From positions 90,696-154,695 of the forward strand of contig JAHLWS010000049.1 of NCBI GenBank assembly GCA_019057795.1: a DNA stretch of 64,000 bases. The letters are read 5' to 3'. Source of the DNA: Promethearchaeota archaeon (GTDB lineage Archaea > Asgardarchaeota > Lokiarchaeia > Sigyniarchaeales > SOKP01). Below the pieces are notes generated by a model that saw only the letters and a program-made list of their open reading frames with translations, had not been told where the DNA came from and made no database searches. This document shows positions 29,885 through 40,298 of this stretch, piece after piece (the stretch's first letter is position 1; each line of letters opens with the position of its first letter). The position numbers were made by a program, and so were the translations under genes.

Positions 29885-30109
29885 ATAACCGAAAATCACA
29901 TAAAAAATGATAAAGAAGAAGTCCCAAAATATGAAACTCTCGATGAACTTATCGCGTTATTACTTGAAGTAAGAGTGGATTTAGCAGTTTTACAGGAATC
30001 TGTTAATTCGGAATATATAAAAGAAGAACTTAAATGGGCAATTAACGGAATTGATATAGTTGGCTGTGGATTATCTCAAAATATTAGCAAAAAATTAAAA
30101 GAAAAATAG
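29885..30109 (+). CDS. Unannotated 74-aa helical protein with putative ATA start, convergent with the thermosome
   Basis: Open frame (I/M)TENHIKNDKEEVPKYETLDELIALLLEVRVDLAVLQESVNSEYIKEELKWAINGIDIVGCGLSQNISKKLKEK*; GGAG upstream; synonymous-only divergence from the 25242 copy. Confidence 0.7.
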   Translation: MTENHIKNDKEEVPKYETLDELIALLLEVRVDLAVLQESVNSEYIKEELKWAINGIDIVGCGLSQNISKKLKEK

Positions 30110-30115
30110 AAAGAA
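30027..30115 (+). repeat. Direct repeat copy inside the intact small ORF
   Basis: Matches 25242-25330 and 23315-23350. Confidence 0.92.
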
Positions 30116-30148
30116 TAAAAAAATTAAAGTTAAGTAGATTTACTGAAA

Positions 30149-31834
30149 CTACATCATTGGTGGCATGCCGCCCCCCATTCCCATCCCTGGAGGCATCCCC
30201 ATCCCTGGAGGTCCGCCCATCCCCGGAGGCATCCCTGGAGGGCCGCCAGCCGATTTGGTTGCTGCGATAACATCGTCGATGCGTAAAATCATTGAGGCAG
30301 CTTCGGTAGCGCTTTTTATTGCTTGTATTTTTACTATAGTAGGTTCTACAACGCCTATAGCCATCATGTCATCGATTATATCACCAGTTTCTAAATCGTG
30401 AGCTGCAAACTTTTTACCCGCTTGATGAGCAGCTCTCAATTTCATTAACACGTCAATTTGGTCTAATCCCGCGTTTTCTGCTAGCGTTTTCGGGACAATA
30501 TCTAATGCATCGGCAAAAACTTCGACTGCTAGTTGTTCGCGCCCTCCTAGTGTTTGCGCGTATTTTCTTAATTGGATTGCGGCTTCAACTTCCGGAGCTC
30601 CACCGCCGCCAACAATCTTTTGATCTTCGACAACATCTCTTGTTACGCATAAAGCGTCGTGAATAGCCCTCTCAACTTCGTCAATAATAAGTTCAGTTCC
30701 ACCCCGTATTAAAATTACAACGGATTTAGGATCTTTACATTCTTCGATGAAAATCCAACTATCGTTCATAATTTTGCGTTCTTCCACTAAGCCAGCGAAT
30801 CCCAATTTGTCTTGAGTTATATCGTTGAGGTTAGTATAAATCATTCCACCAGTAGCTTTAGAGAGTTTTTCTAAATCAGACTTTTTAACGCGTCTTATGG
30901 CCATAATACCTGCTTTCGAGATGAAGTGTTGAGCCATATCATCGATTCCCTTCTGGCAAATTACTACATTTGCTCCTGAATTCACGATTTTCTCAACCAT
31001 GGTTCTGAGCATGCGTTCTTCTTCGTCAAGGAATTGTTGAATTTGTTCTGGGCTCGTTATTTGGAGCTTAGCATCAAATTCTGTTTTTTCAATTTCTATA
31101 GCGCTCTGTAACAAAAGTATCTTTGCATCTTTAGCGATTTTAGGCATTCCTGGGCTAACAACTTCTTTATCCAAGATAATACCTTTAATAAGGGAAGTAT
31201 CGTCAATTGACTCTCCCTCCTTTTTTTGGATTTGAACTTTGTCGATATCAGCGACCCAATCACCATTTGCGCTTTTTTCTGCTATTGATATAATTGCCTC
31301 GATACAAATTTCGGCTAGCATCTCTTTTGATTCAGAAACAAGTTTAGAAGACATACAAGTCATTGCAGAGTTCTTTAATCCTACCTTATCGTCAATTCCG
31401 CTTTTTATTGACATTTCTTCTAAGACTTCAATCGCTTTTTCAGCAGCTTTTCGGAATCCCTCAGTAATAACTGTTGGGTGAATTTTTTGTTCTATAAGTT
31501 TTTCTGCGCGCTTTAATAGTTCACCAGCAAGGATCACAGAAGTAGTTGTACCATCGCCTACTTCTGAATCTTGAGTTTTAGCAACTTCGACCATCATTTT
31601 AGCTGCAGGATGTTGTACATCGATTTCTTTTAGAATTGTTGCTCCGTCGTTTGTGATAACTACGTCACCAAACTGATCAACAAGCATTTTGTCCATTCCA
31701 CGTGGTCCTAACGAGGTTCGCACTGCTTCAGCTATAACTTTTGCTGCTGCGATGTTGTTATGCATTGCGTCTCTTCCACGAGTTCTCTCAGTACCTTCCC
31801 GCATTATAAAAATAGGTTGTCCGCTTAATCCCAT
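30149..31834 (-). CDS. ths: Thermosome (group II chaperonin) subunit
   Basis: [29 protein letters not shown]-rich tail. Confidence 0.97.
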   Translation of the reverse strand: MGLSGQPIFIMREGTERTRGRDAMHNNIAAAKVIAEAVRTSLGPRGMDKMLVDQFGDVVITNDGATILKEIDVQHPAAKMMVEVAKTQDSEVGDGTTTSVILAGELLKRAEKLIEQKIHPTVITEGFRKAAEKAIEVLEEMSIKSGIDDKVGLKNSAMTCMSSKLVSESKEMLAEICIEAIISIAEKSANGDWVADIDKVQIQKKEGESIDDTSLIKGIILDKEVVSPGMPKIAKDAKILLLQSAIEIEKTEFDAKLQITSPEQIQQFLDEEERMLRTMVEKIVNSGANVVICQKGIDDMAQHFISKAGIMAIRRVKKSDLEKLSKATGGMIYTNLNDITQDKLGFAGLVEERKIMNDSWIFIEECKDPKSVVILIRGGTELIIDEVERAIHDALCVTRDVVEDQKIVGGGGAPEVEAAIQLRKYAQTLGGREQLAVEVFADALDIVPKTLAENAGLDQIDVLMKLRAAHQAGKKFAAHDLETGDIIDDMMAIGVVEPTIVKIQAIKSATEAASMILRIDDVIAATKSAGGPPGMPPGMGGPPGMGMPPGMGMGGGMPPMM

Positions 31835-32028
31835 ATTTAATTCACACTATATTGATTTTTTTATAATATTTTTATTTATTTATATATAATGATCTCTAAG
31901 TCATAAAATTAAAAAAGTTTACGAAAATATGATAAAATAATATTTTTTCTAATTTAAGACAAAAAACAATAATAATTTCATTAGCAAAATTGCATAAATA
32001 GATTTAAAATTTTAAAGTTATTAGAAAA

Positions 32029-32190
32029 TTATTTAGTTAACTCTCTTTTCTTTGGCCGCAAATCTTTAGACCTGCATCTGCGACACTTTTTTGCTTTGAT
32101 AGGATTCAGAGCCCCGCATTTACGGCACACGCTTTTCATTAATAAATGATATCTGGCAATCTTTCTTTTATATAGGTCATCAATGGGCAA
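32029..32190 (-). CDS. rpl40e: 50S ribosomal protein L40e (below the ORF-track size cutoff)
   Basis: MPIDDLYKRKIARYHLLMKSVCRKCGALNPIKAKKCRRCRSKDLRPKKRELTK; GAGGAG SD and TTG start. Confidence 0.93.
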   Translation of the reverse strand: MPIDDLYKRKIARYHLLMKSVCRKCGALNPIKAKKCRRCRSKDLRPKKRELTK

Positions 32191-32440
32191 ACTTTAATCT
32201 CCTCGATTTTTTACTCGTTTTAGTTAATTTACTAATTACTTTAGTACATTACTATTCAAAATTTTTTCTTTTATTGATTAATCACGTATCGATAAAAGAA
32301 CATTTTGGAAAACATTCTAAAGCTAAAAAATTTTTAGTTTTTGCTTTCGAGTTATTTTTCAAATGAAAAAATTAAAATTTTATAATTAATAATTCAAAAT
32401 ATAATAAAATATTATAAATTTCAAAGCTAGATGAATTAAG

Positions 32441-32635
32441 TTGCCAAAAGAGATATTTGACGAAGCGAGGTTTTTAGAGTTATCAGAGCGAGCTTTTCAC
32501 TGTAGGGTTAAAAGGTCGAAAGATGTGGTGAAGTTAAAGCTTAGGACAAAACGACATCTTTTCACTTTTAAAACTGATCCAGCTACTGCTGATAGACTTG
32601 TAAAAAGCATTGGTTGTGATATCATCGAGCTATAA
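32441..32635 (+). CDS. rpl38e: 50S ribosomal protein L38e
   Basis: MPKEI..FL..RVKR..VKLKLRTKRHLFT. Confidence 0.85.
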   Translation: MPKEIFDEARFLELSERAFHCRVKRSKDVVKLKLRTKRHLFTFKTDPATADRLVKSIGCDIIEL

Positions 32636-32670
32636 ATAGATGATATATTAATTTTTATGGTTCAAAGTTA

Positions 32671-33180
32671 ATGAAAAAACTTCCAGCGTGTAAAACATGT
32701 GTTAGTTCCGGATTTTATTGCACTAGTTGTCAAGATAAACTAGATGCGGGAGTACTTACTCAGTTTGAGTTAGATTTAGCGAAGGATTTACTTAAATTGG
32801 AAGAAAGCGAAAATTTTGGGTTTTTAAGCGACATTTCTTTCTATAACGCTATTGATTTTGAGGATGTAGTAATCTTAGTGGTTGGTAGGAGAGATAAGAT
32901 CAAAATTAAACAAAATTTGGTTGATTGGATAAAGGAAACTTACGAAATAGACGAATTAATCTTAATTGAGCAAACTAAAAGCCCAAGGCCCGCTTTAGAA
33001 AGTTTAATTTCTCCTTATAAATTATTTTCATTAAACGAGATTTTTTTAGCTACTGGGGATATTGAATTTAAAGGCGTTCTTAATAAAACCGATCAAGACG
33101 TAATATTATTTACCCAAGAAGAGCTTGAAGAGTTAGTTTTAGAACTTACTGGTAATGTAATTCGCATTGAATTTATATAA
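32671..33180 (+). CDS. Archaeal NusA-like KH protein with N-terminal Zn finger
   Basis: PACKTCVSSGFYCTSCQ; lies upstream of pth2 and truD. Confidence 0.6.
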   Translation: MKKLPACKTCVSSGFYCTSCQDKLDAGVLTQFELDLAKDLLKLEESENFGFLSDISFYNAIDFEDVVILVVGRRDKIKIKQNLVDWIKETYEIDELILIEQTKSPRPALESLISPYKLFSLNEIFLATGDIEFKGVLNKTDQDVILFTQEELEELVLELTGNVIRIEFI

Positions 33181-33232
33181 TTCTAAAGAATTTATTTCTT
33201 AATTTCTTAATACTAAGTAGGTTTAAATTATT

Positions 33233-33589
33233 ATGGATGAATATAAACAAGTTATCTTAATTAGGACAGATTTAAAAATGGGTACTGGTAAAAAGTGCGC
33301 TCAATCGTGTCATGCTTCAATATCGGCTTCAGATTTAGTTAGAACGAAAAATAAAGCAGTTTGGAAAAATTGGAAGAATACAGGCCAAAAGAAAGTAGTT
33401 CTAAGAGTGAGTGGCATGGAGGATTTGAGAGATATAGTTATTCAATTAGAAAAAAATAACATAATGTACTTTTTAGTGAAGGACGCTGGATTAACGCAAC
33501 TGACTCCTGGAACCACAACAGCTCTTGGTATCGGACCTACACTATCAAAATCTATAGATAAAATAACTGGAGATTTAAAGTTATTGTAA
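33233..33589 (+). CDS. pth2: Peptidyl-tRNA hydrolase Pth2
   Basis: [33 protein letters not shown]. Confidence 0.95.
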   Translation: MDEYKQVILIRTDLKMGTGKKCAQSCHASISASDLVRTKNKAVWKNWKNTGQKKVVLRVSGMEDLRDIVIQLEKNNIMYFLVKDAGLTQLTPGTTTALGIGPTLSKSIDKITGDLKLL

Positions 33590-33613
33590 TTTAACACTTT
33601 CAGGCTAAATAAA

Positions 33614-34999
33614 TTGGAAAGAAGTAACAATAATAATCATATTTTTCAAAATAAAAACGAGAGAGAACTTGAAAAAGGCGTAGGAATTGAAATTTATTCC
33701 ACACCAGGTTTTAGCGGTATTAGTGCTATTTATAAAAAAAGGTATAAAGACTTTATTGTTAAAGAGATAACCCGTACAGGGCAGACTCTCGAGATCAGCG
33801 GGTATGATACCACTATTAGTTTTTCTGAAGATTCAAAAGATAAGTATACGACATTTAATTTAGTGAAAATCAACATAGATACATTTGGAGCGATAAGAAT
33901 GATTAGTAGAGCATTGAATATACATCCTAATTTAATAGAAGTAGCAGGGTTAAAAGATAAGCGTTCTATTAGCGTCCAAAAAGCTTCAATTAAAGGAAAT
34001 CATGTCGAAAAACTAAAAAAATTAAAGTTAAAAGATATTTTTTTTAGAGGCATAACGCCTACAAGGAAGCCCGTTAAATTGGGAAGTAATAGGGGTAATC
34101 ATTTTATAATTACTCTTAGAAATATCGAAAAAGAAGTAAATGAAGAAAAAAGAATTAAGGCGTTATTCAACGAGTTACACACTCGTGGTTTTCCTAATTA
34201 CTACGGACTTCAAAGATTTGGTACTTTTAGGCCAAATTCACATATAATAGGGCGATTTATAATAGAAGGCGAATATCAAAAGGCATATGAAGAGTTTGTT
34301 TTAGCAACTTATTCAACAGAATTACCTCAATCCCAACTAGTTCGTGAGAAATTAAAAAAATCTGGTGACCTTGAAAAAGCTTACAATTCATTCCCTGAAA
34401 GTTTAAATTATGAAAGGGATATGATTAAATACTTATTAGATAATCCAAGAGATTACGAGGGAGCGATTAATCATTTACCTAATTATCTTATTAAAATCTT
34501 GATTAGCTCTTTTCAGTCTTATCTGTTTAATAAAATGCTATCGTTAAGACATAAATATGGAAAATCTTTATGTAAACCAATTAAGGGCGATGTTTTTGTT
34601 ATCTTAGATGATGTTAATGGGAACATCACTCAAATAAAATATACATACGGTGGGTTGTACGATAAATTTTTGCGAGAAGCAAATAATTTAAATCGGGCAA
34701 GAATAGTAATACCACTAATAGGGTATAATACAAACTTAGACGATTTCCCCTTAATGAAATCTCTACTTTTAGAAATTCTCGATAAGGAGCAAATTACTGC
34801 AGAAATATTTAATAATAAATTACTATACACTTATGAATTTAAAGGTTCTTTTAGGCCGATAATCGTTAAACCGCTTGGTTTAAAAATATTAGAATATACT
34901 GAAGACGACATCTACCAAAATAAGAATAAATTAAAAATCGAATTTTCTCTCCAGAAAGGTTCTTACGCAACAATGTTATTACGTGAAATAATAAAATAA
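33614..34999 (+). CDS. truD: tRNA pseudouridine(13) synthase
   Basis: DFIVKE, AGLKDKRS, GNHFII, PNYYGLQRFG, GSYATMLLRE. Confidence 0.95.
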   Translation: MERSNNNNHIFQNKNERELEKGVGIEIYSTPGFSGISAIYKKRYKDFIVKEITRTGQTLEISGYDTTISFSEDSKDKYTTFNLVKINIDTFGAIRMISRALNIHPNLIEVAGLKDKRSISVQKASIKGNHVEKLKKLKLKDIFFRGITPTRKPVKLGSNRGNHFIITLRNIEKEVNEEKRIKALFNELHTRGFPNYYGLQRFGTFRPNSHIIGRFIIEGEYQKAYEEFVLATYSTELPQSQLVREKLKKSGDLEKAYNSFPESLNYERDMIKYLLDNPRDYEGAINHLPNYLIKILISSFQSYLFNKMLSLRHKYGKSLCKPIKGDVFVILDDVNGNITQIKYTYGGLYDKFLREANNLNRARIVIPLIGYNTNLDDFPLMKSLLLEILDKEQITAEIFNNKLLYTYEFKGSFRPIIVKPLGLKILEYTEDDIYQNKNKLKIEFSLQKGSYATMLLREIIK

Positions 35000-35003
35000 A
35001 GAA

Positions 35004-36551
35004 CTAATTAATGCTTATTTCATATTCTTGAGAGGTCTCATTTCCAAGAATATCAATTACCTTTACTGATATTTGATATTTACCTGATTTTTCATAGTAA
35101 TATCGATATGAGGTTAAATCTAGTTTACGGTTTTTTGGCGTTCTGTATGAAATCCACATCACATTGAAATAACTATTTTGACTATTAAAATCAATAGTCC
35201 AACTATCTATCCAATCAGAAAAAGAATTTATCTTTTTTTTAAGTTTATTCTCAATTAAATCTAAATTTGGAACAAAATAGTCTATTAATTCAATTGATAC
35301 CTTATTATTGTCTTTTAGTATCTTAATTTCAAATTTTACATCTTGAAATAGATTTTTTTTTTTTGTCTTTTGAATGTTATTCACTAAAAATTCATCATAA
35401 GCGTTAATATCTTGGAGATTTTTGTTAACACTTAAAATTTTGAATGGATAAGGATTTTTTTTATATTTTTTTTCCCAATTAATAAGATCGTTACTATTAT
35501 AAATGTCAAGGATTCTCTTGCGGCTTATGTTTATCGCGTGTTTTGCCATATCTGAACCAATCCATCGCCTCCCAAGTTTTTCTGCTACTGCTAATGTTGT
35601 GCCCGAGCCACAGAAAAAATCTGCTACTATGTCTGTTTCGTTAGAAGATGCAAGGATAATTCTTTTCAACAATCTTTCTGGCTTTTGAGTTGAAAAAGCT
35701 TGATATTCTAAAGTATTTGCTCTAATGTATGGAACATCGTTCCATAAATCTCGAGGAAAAATACCATTTTCTCGGATATATACTTTTCGCGATAATTTTT
35801 TACCATTATGACTTCCTCCTCTGTAATAATACGTCCCGATTTCGTCTTTTTTAAGAGCATTTTTAACCCGGTTTGAATATTCCATGTAAATCTTTGGATC
35901 GTCGTTAAATACGTAATCATTCGATTTTGTATAAAATAATAACACATCATAAGAACGAATAAAAAATCGTCTCGTTTTCGCCGATGCAGCTGGATAAGCC
36001 CATATTATCTCATTTTTAAAATTTTCTATACCAAAGATTTCGTCCATAATTATTTTTATGTAATGAGAAACGTGCCAATCTAAATGCACGTAAATGCTTC
36101 CGTCTTCAGCAAGTAGCTCTTTCATTAATACTAATCTTTCGTATAAAAAATCGATATATGCATCTATTCCTCCACTCCATGTGTCTGAGTAAGCCTTAGT
36201 AACCTCAAAAGCGTTATTTTCACCTATTAACGTTTTGAATTTGAAATCACCTCCAGTTGCGAAAGGAGGATCGATGTATATTATTCTTATCTTCTTTGAA
36301 AACTTTTTTATCAGCGAATTTATAACATTTCTATTATCGCCCCAAATTAAGAGATTGTCCCAATCATTGACTTTAAGTTGGTTTTTTTGGTCATTCTCAG
36401 TATTTTTTTGAATTAATTCATTATAAGATGTGAATTTATTGATTGTGGGGCTTTTTATTGATTCCAATATTTGGAAAGGATAAGATATTTGAGTTTTAAA
36501 TGTTTTAGACTTTTCAAATTTATCTTTATTTTTCCAATATAGATTTGGCAT
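35004..36551 (-). CDS. Site-specific DNA methyltransferase (N6A/N4C, beta class, Mod-like)
   Basis: IYIDPPF, TQKPERLL, DFFCGSGTT. Confidence 0.9.
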   Translation of the reverse strand: MPNLYWKNKDKFEKSKTFKTQISYPFQILESIKSPTINKFTSYNELIQKNTENDQKNQLKVNDWDNLLIWGDNRNVINSLIKKFSKKIRIIYIDPPFATGGDFKFKTLIGENNAFEVTKAYSDTWSGGIDAYIDFLYERLVLMKELLAEDGSIYVHLDWHVSHYIKIIMDEIFGIENFKNEIIWAYPAASAKTRRFFIRSYDVLLFYTKSNDYVFNDDPKIYMEYSNRVKNALKKDEIGTYYYRGGSHNGKKLSRKVYIRENGIFPRDLWNDVPYIRANTLEYQAFSTQKPERLLKRIILASSNETDIVADFFCGSGTTLAVAEKLGRRWIGSDMAKHAINISRKRILDIYNSNDLINWEKKYKKNPYPFKILSVNKNLQDINAYDEFLVNNIQKTKKKNLFQDVKFEIKILKDNNKVSIELIDYFVPNLDLIENKLKKKINSFSDWIDSWTIDFNSQNSYFNVMWISYRTPKNRKLDLTSYRYYYEKSGKYQISVKVIDILGNETSQEYEISIN

Positions 36552-36626
36552 TTTTAATTATAAGATAACAAAAAATTTATTGTTAATTTCCTTTTCAAAT
36601 TTAATTTTAATAAAACTTGAGATTTT

Positions 36627-37958
36627 ATGGTTAATATGTCTATTGATGAAATGAATGGTTGGAGAAAAACTCACTATACAAGAGATGTTACGCCTGAATT
36701 AGCCGGTCAAGAGGTAATCCTTGCTGGATGGGTAAGAAATTATCGAGATCTTGGAGGTCTGAAGTTTATAAACTTCCAAGATAAATATGGCGAACGACAG
36801 ATTACTTTAAAAAAAGGGGTCGTTTCTGATGAGTTATTTGAAAAAGCAAAAGTTGGTTATCAATACTGTCTTATGATAAAAGGAAAAGTGAAAAAATTTG
36901 AAAAAGCACCAGGTGGGATTGAAATTATTCCAACTGAAATTAAAATTTTAAATAGGACTCCCGATAAACTTCCAATTGATATGACAGGAGAAACAATTTC
37001 AGACCTTGATCTTAGACTTAATAATAGAGCGTTAGATTTGAGATCTTTAAGAAATCAAGCAATTTTTGAAATTCGTGGACAGGTGTTAATGTCAATTAGG
37101 AACTTTCTACTCAAACGAGATTTTACAGAAATAACTACCCCTAAGATAATAGGTTCCGCGACTGAAGGGGGTACAGAGTTATTTCCAATTATGTATTTCG
37201 ATAAAGAGGCGTTTTTAATACAATCTGCTCAATTATACAAAGAACAGTTAGGTGGAGTATATGAAAGGGTCTTTGAAATTAGCCCCGCCTTTAGAGCTGA
37301 GAAAAGCCATACGAAAAGACATTTATGCGAGATTTTCACGTTAGATGTTGAGATGTCTTTTGCTGATATGAATGATGTTCAAAAAATTTTAGAAGAATTG
37401 GTTTATAATGTTGTAGAAGATGTTCGAGAAAATAGAATGCCTGCTTTGAAAGTTTTAAATATGGAAGATAAAACATTAGTTCCAAAATTACCTTTTCCTC
37501 GCTACAAATACGATGAAATCATTGAATTAGTTGCTAATAAATTTGGAATAACTATTGAATGGGGAGAAGATATTTCTACAGAAGCATATCGTAAATTAGG
37601 TGAAGAATTAACGGGATATTACTATATAACTCATTGGCCAATGGAAATAAAGCCATTTTATATTTTACCGTCAAAAAATCCAAAATATAGCGAATCTTTT
37701 GATCTTCAAATGGGATGGCTTGAATTAACTTCGGGAGGAACAAGAGTTCACTATAAACAACAATTAATTGATGCTATTGAAGCTAAAGGATTAAATCCCG
37801 CATCTTTTGAATCACACATTAACGTGTTTGGTTTTGGAATGCCACCTCATGCGGGTTTTGGCTTAGGAATAGCTCGGTGGATAACCTTTATATGTGGTCT
37901 TGATGACATTCGGGAAGCGGTAATGTATCCTCGAACACCCGACCGCCTTACTCCATAA
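36627..37958 (+). CDS. aspS: Aspartyl-tRNA synthetase, archaeal type
   Basis: RLNNRALDLR, TEGGTELF, QSAQLYK, FRAE, PPHAGFGLG. Confidence 0.95.
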   Translation: MVNMSIDEMNGWRKTHYTRDVTPELAGQEVILAGWVRNYRDLGGLKFINFQDKYGERQITLKKGVVSDELFEKAKVGYQYCLMIKGKVKKFEKAPGGIEIIPTEIKILNRTPDKLPIDMTGETISDLDLRLNNRALDLRSLRNQAIFEIRGQVLMSIRNFLLKRDFTEITTPKIIGSATEGGTELFPIMYFDKEAFLIQSAQLYKEQLGGVYERVFEISPAFRAEKSHTKRHLCEIFTLDVEMSFADMNDVQKILEELVYNVVEDVRENRMPALKVLNMEDKTLVPKLPFPRYKYDEIIELVANKFGITIEWGEDISTEAYRKLGEELTGYYYITHWPMEIKPFYILPSKNPKYSESFDLQMGWLELTSGGTRVHYKQQLIDAIEAKGLNPASFESHINVFGFGMPPHAGFGLGIARWITFICGLDDIREAVMYPRTPDRLTP

Positions 37959-38008
37959 GGCTTATATTTTTGATATAAATTATTAATTTAATTAATTTTT
38001 TTGTAATT

Positions 38009-38917
38009 ATGTCGAACGATTGGATAGAATCTTACATTAGAGCTGGTAAAGCTGTTAAAGCTGCCAAAAAGGTTGCTGTAAAATTAATAAAGCCAGGAGT
38101 TCCATTCTTAGAAATTGCTAATATGTGTGAGGAAGAAATATTAAATCACGGTTGTGAGTTATCTTTTCCAATCAATATGTCTCTAGATGAGATAGCTGCT
38201 CATTATAGTCCGTCGATCGATGATAGTACTATTGTACCTAATAAGGGATTATTGAAAATCGATATAGGTTCCCACTATGACGGTTATATTGCCGATTCAG
38301 CAATAACATTTAACATAAATAACGATGAAACGCTCCAAAACATTATAGACGCCGCTCAAGAAGCCCTTGAAGCAGCAATTGAAATTTTTAAACCTGGCAC
38401 AAAATTATACGAATTGGGAGATGCAATTGTTAAAAAAATTAAAAATCGTGGATTAGAACCAATTTATAATCTTGGAGGCCACGAATTGAAACGATTCAAC
38501 TTACATGCAGGTCCTTTTATTCCAAATTATAAAGCTATAAGCCATAATCAAATCTTAAAACCTGGAGATGCTTATGCGTGTGAACCATTTGCTACTTCTG
38601 GCGAAGGTATAGTAGAAAATGGTACTAAATCTTATATTTATCGATTTAAAAAAGCAAAGAAGGGTTTACCCTTTATAGAGAAGAATTATATGGATCAAAT
38701 AAACAAATTAACTAAAAAACTACCCTTTTCGCCCCGTTTGCTCGAAAAGCATAATATCATCCCAAAAAGTAAGATTCAAAGAACAATTGATGTTTTTGTT
38801 CGCAAAAAAATTCTAGATCATTATCCACTATTAATAGAAAAAACTAAAAAACCAGTTGCTCAACAAGAACACACCATCATAATCGATATGGATGGAAAAC
38901 CTATTGTTACAACATAA
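38009..38917 (+). CDS. map: Methionine aminopeptidase type II
   Basis: AAHYSP, KIDIGSHYDGYIADSA, LGGH, EPF, QQEHT. Confidence 0.95.
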   Translation: MSNDWIESYIRAGKAVKAAKKVAVKLIKPGVPFLEIANMCEEEILNHGCELSFPINMSLDEIAAHYSPSIDDSTIVPNKGLLKIDIGSHYDGYIADSAITFNINNDETLQNIIDAAQEALEAAIEIFKPGTKLYELGDAIVKKIKNRGLEPIYNLGGHELKRFNLHAGPFIPNYKAISHNQILKPGDAYACEPFATSGEGIVENGTKSYIYRFKKAKKGLPFIEKNYMDQINKLTKKLPFSPRLLEKHNIIPKSKIQRTIDVFVRKKILDHYPLLIEKTKKPVAQQEHTIIIDMDGKPIVTT

Positions 38918-39773
38918 AGATAAAAATAAGGAAAACATCACAAGTGTTATATTATGTGCCGGTGAAGGCACTCGTGTTAGAGATATTGCGAAACACATTC
39001 CAAAGCCACTGATTAAAATCAAATCTTTAAACAATCAAACTATTCTTTCGCATTTGATTTCTAGTTTAATCAATTTAGAGATTGAACCAATTGTAGTGGT
39101 AACAGGTCATTTAGGCGAGCAAATTGAAGATTTTGTAGTTTCATACCAAATAAATAATAAATTAAAAAAAAAGAAAATATTAGTAAATCGCTCTGGAGTT
39201 CAATATAAATTAGGTCCATTACATTCCTTTCTAAGCATTACAGGAAATAACCAAATATATAAAGAGAATAAAGTTTTTATGATCTTTCCGGGAGATACTA
39301 TTTTTGATTACAATCTTTTGCAAGAAGCTTTGAACCTTTTATTAAAAAATTATAGTCTACTTGATAACTGTTCAATTATTTTTTACAGAAAGATAAAAAT
39401 TAGCTCGCTAAAAGAAAGATTTAAAACACACGATCCTAACTTGTTCAAAACAATATCCTATTTAAAAATAAATAGAAACGGATCAAAATCAATTGTCAGA
39501 GAGATCAAACAGAGAATTTTAAGCTCTTTAATAAATAAAAAAACAATCCTTCAAGTTATACCCATTTTTATTTTCAGTTTTAGGATAGTTCAAGAAATTA
39601 AAAATTTAGCAAATTGTAATAGATTAAAAACAATTAGAGAAATTGTTAATTTAATAATTAAGAAAGAAGAAATATTTTTAGCCCTTTCTATTGATCCTGA
39701 ATATAATTTTTGTGATATTGATTCTCCCATTGATTTAAGGATCTTAAATGAAAAAAAAAAAGATGGACAATAG
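38892..39773 (+). CDS. Nucleotidyltransferase (NTP_transferase family)
   Basis: ILCAGEGTRV, IPKPLI, PGD, DIDSPID. Confidence 0.8.
   Translation: MENLLLQHKDKNKENITSVILCAGEGTRVRDIAKHIPKPLIKIKSLNNQTILSHLISSLINLEIEPIVVVTGHLGEQIEDFVVSYQINNKLKKKKILVNRSGVQYKLGPLHSFLSITGNNQIYKENKVFMIFPGDTIFDYNLLQEALNLLLKNYSLLDNCSIIFYRKIKISSLKERFKTHDPNLFKTISYLKINRNGSKSIVREIKQRILSSLINKKTILQVIPIFIFSFRIVQEIKNLANCNRLKTIREIVNLIIKKEEIFLALSIDPEYNFCDIDSPIDLRILNEKKKDGQ
39751..39761 (-). terminator. U11 tract immediately downstream of the putative ncRNA
   Basis: A11 on the plus strand next to the terminal stem. Confidence 0.55.
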
Positions 39774-40276
39774 TAGCTCCGATATTCTAGTATTCTTGTT
39801 TCAAAGGAAATGCGTCTTTTACTCCATTGAATCGAATCTTAAATCAAAGCTCCTATTGTAAGACTTTATAGCTTTTATTGAAAGATATTAATGTTTGGAT
39901 GTCTCGTGTAGCATATATATCAAAAAAATTGTTTAATTCGACAAGAGATCAGGCAAGAGTGTCAACTTGCACCATAACTAATATCAATTTTAAACTGATT
40001 GCTATATCTCTATTATTACATTATTGCTCCAAAGTGCTAATTTATTAGGAATGGGATATACTTAGTCTAAATTAATTTTCCTGTGATTTAGTATAACGCA
40101 CTAAAGGAACGTGATAAAATAAATCCGCGTGGAAACCAAGTCATAAGCATTAACTCTGGGCGTACCAAAAAAAATCCAGAACTTAAGAATCTACTATCAA
40201 TTTTGCAACAACAAGCTGGTTGTTTCAATTGTAATGATGTATTCTAAACCAATGCATATATTATTACTATTGTCCA
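39764..40276 (-). ncRNA. Putative ~513-nt structured non-coding RNA (RNase P/MRP-like or novel)
   Basis: Perfect 12-bp terminal inverted repeat TGGACAATAGTA (39764-39775) / TACTATTGTCCA (40265-40276), multiple internal hairpins, no ORF in the track, flanking TATA box and U-tract. Confidence 0.65.
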
Positions 40277-40298
40277 ACAATATACATCACAATAAGAC

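Noticed and set aside
23315-30115. CRISPR array from the ~30-bp repeated core
   Set aside because: Copies are kilobases apart, vary synonymously and have no cas genes nearby
30150-30250. GC-rich tandem repeats
   Set aside because: They encode the ordinary Gly-Met-Pro tail of the chaperonin
39764-40276. MITE defined by 12-bp terminal inverted repeats
   Set aside because: No target-site duplication is evident, and the promoter, U-tract and internal stems fit an RNA gene better; not excluded without a copy-number search
39764-40276. SRP RNA
   Set aside because: No helix-8 CAGG..GNRA..AGCA motif seen, and it is too long
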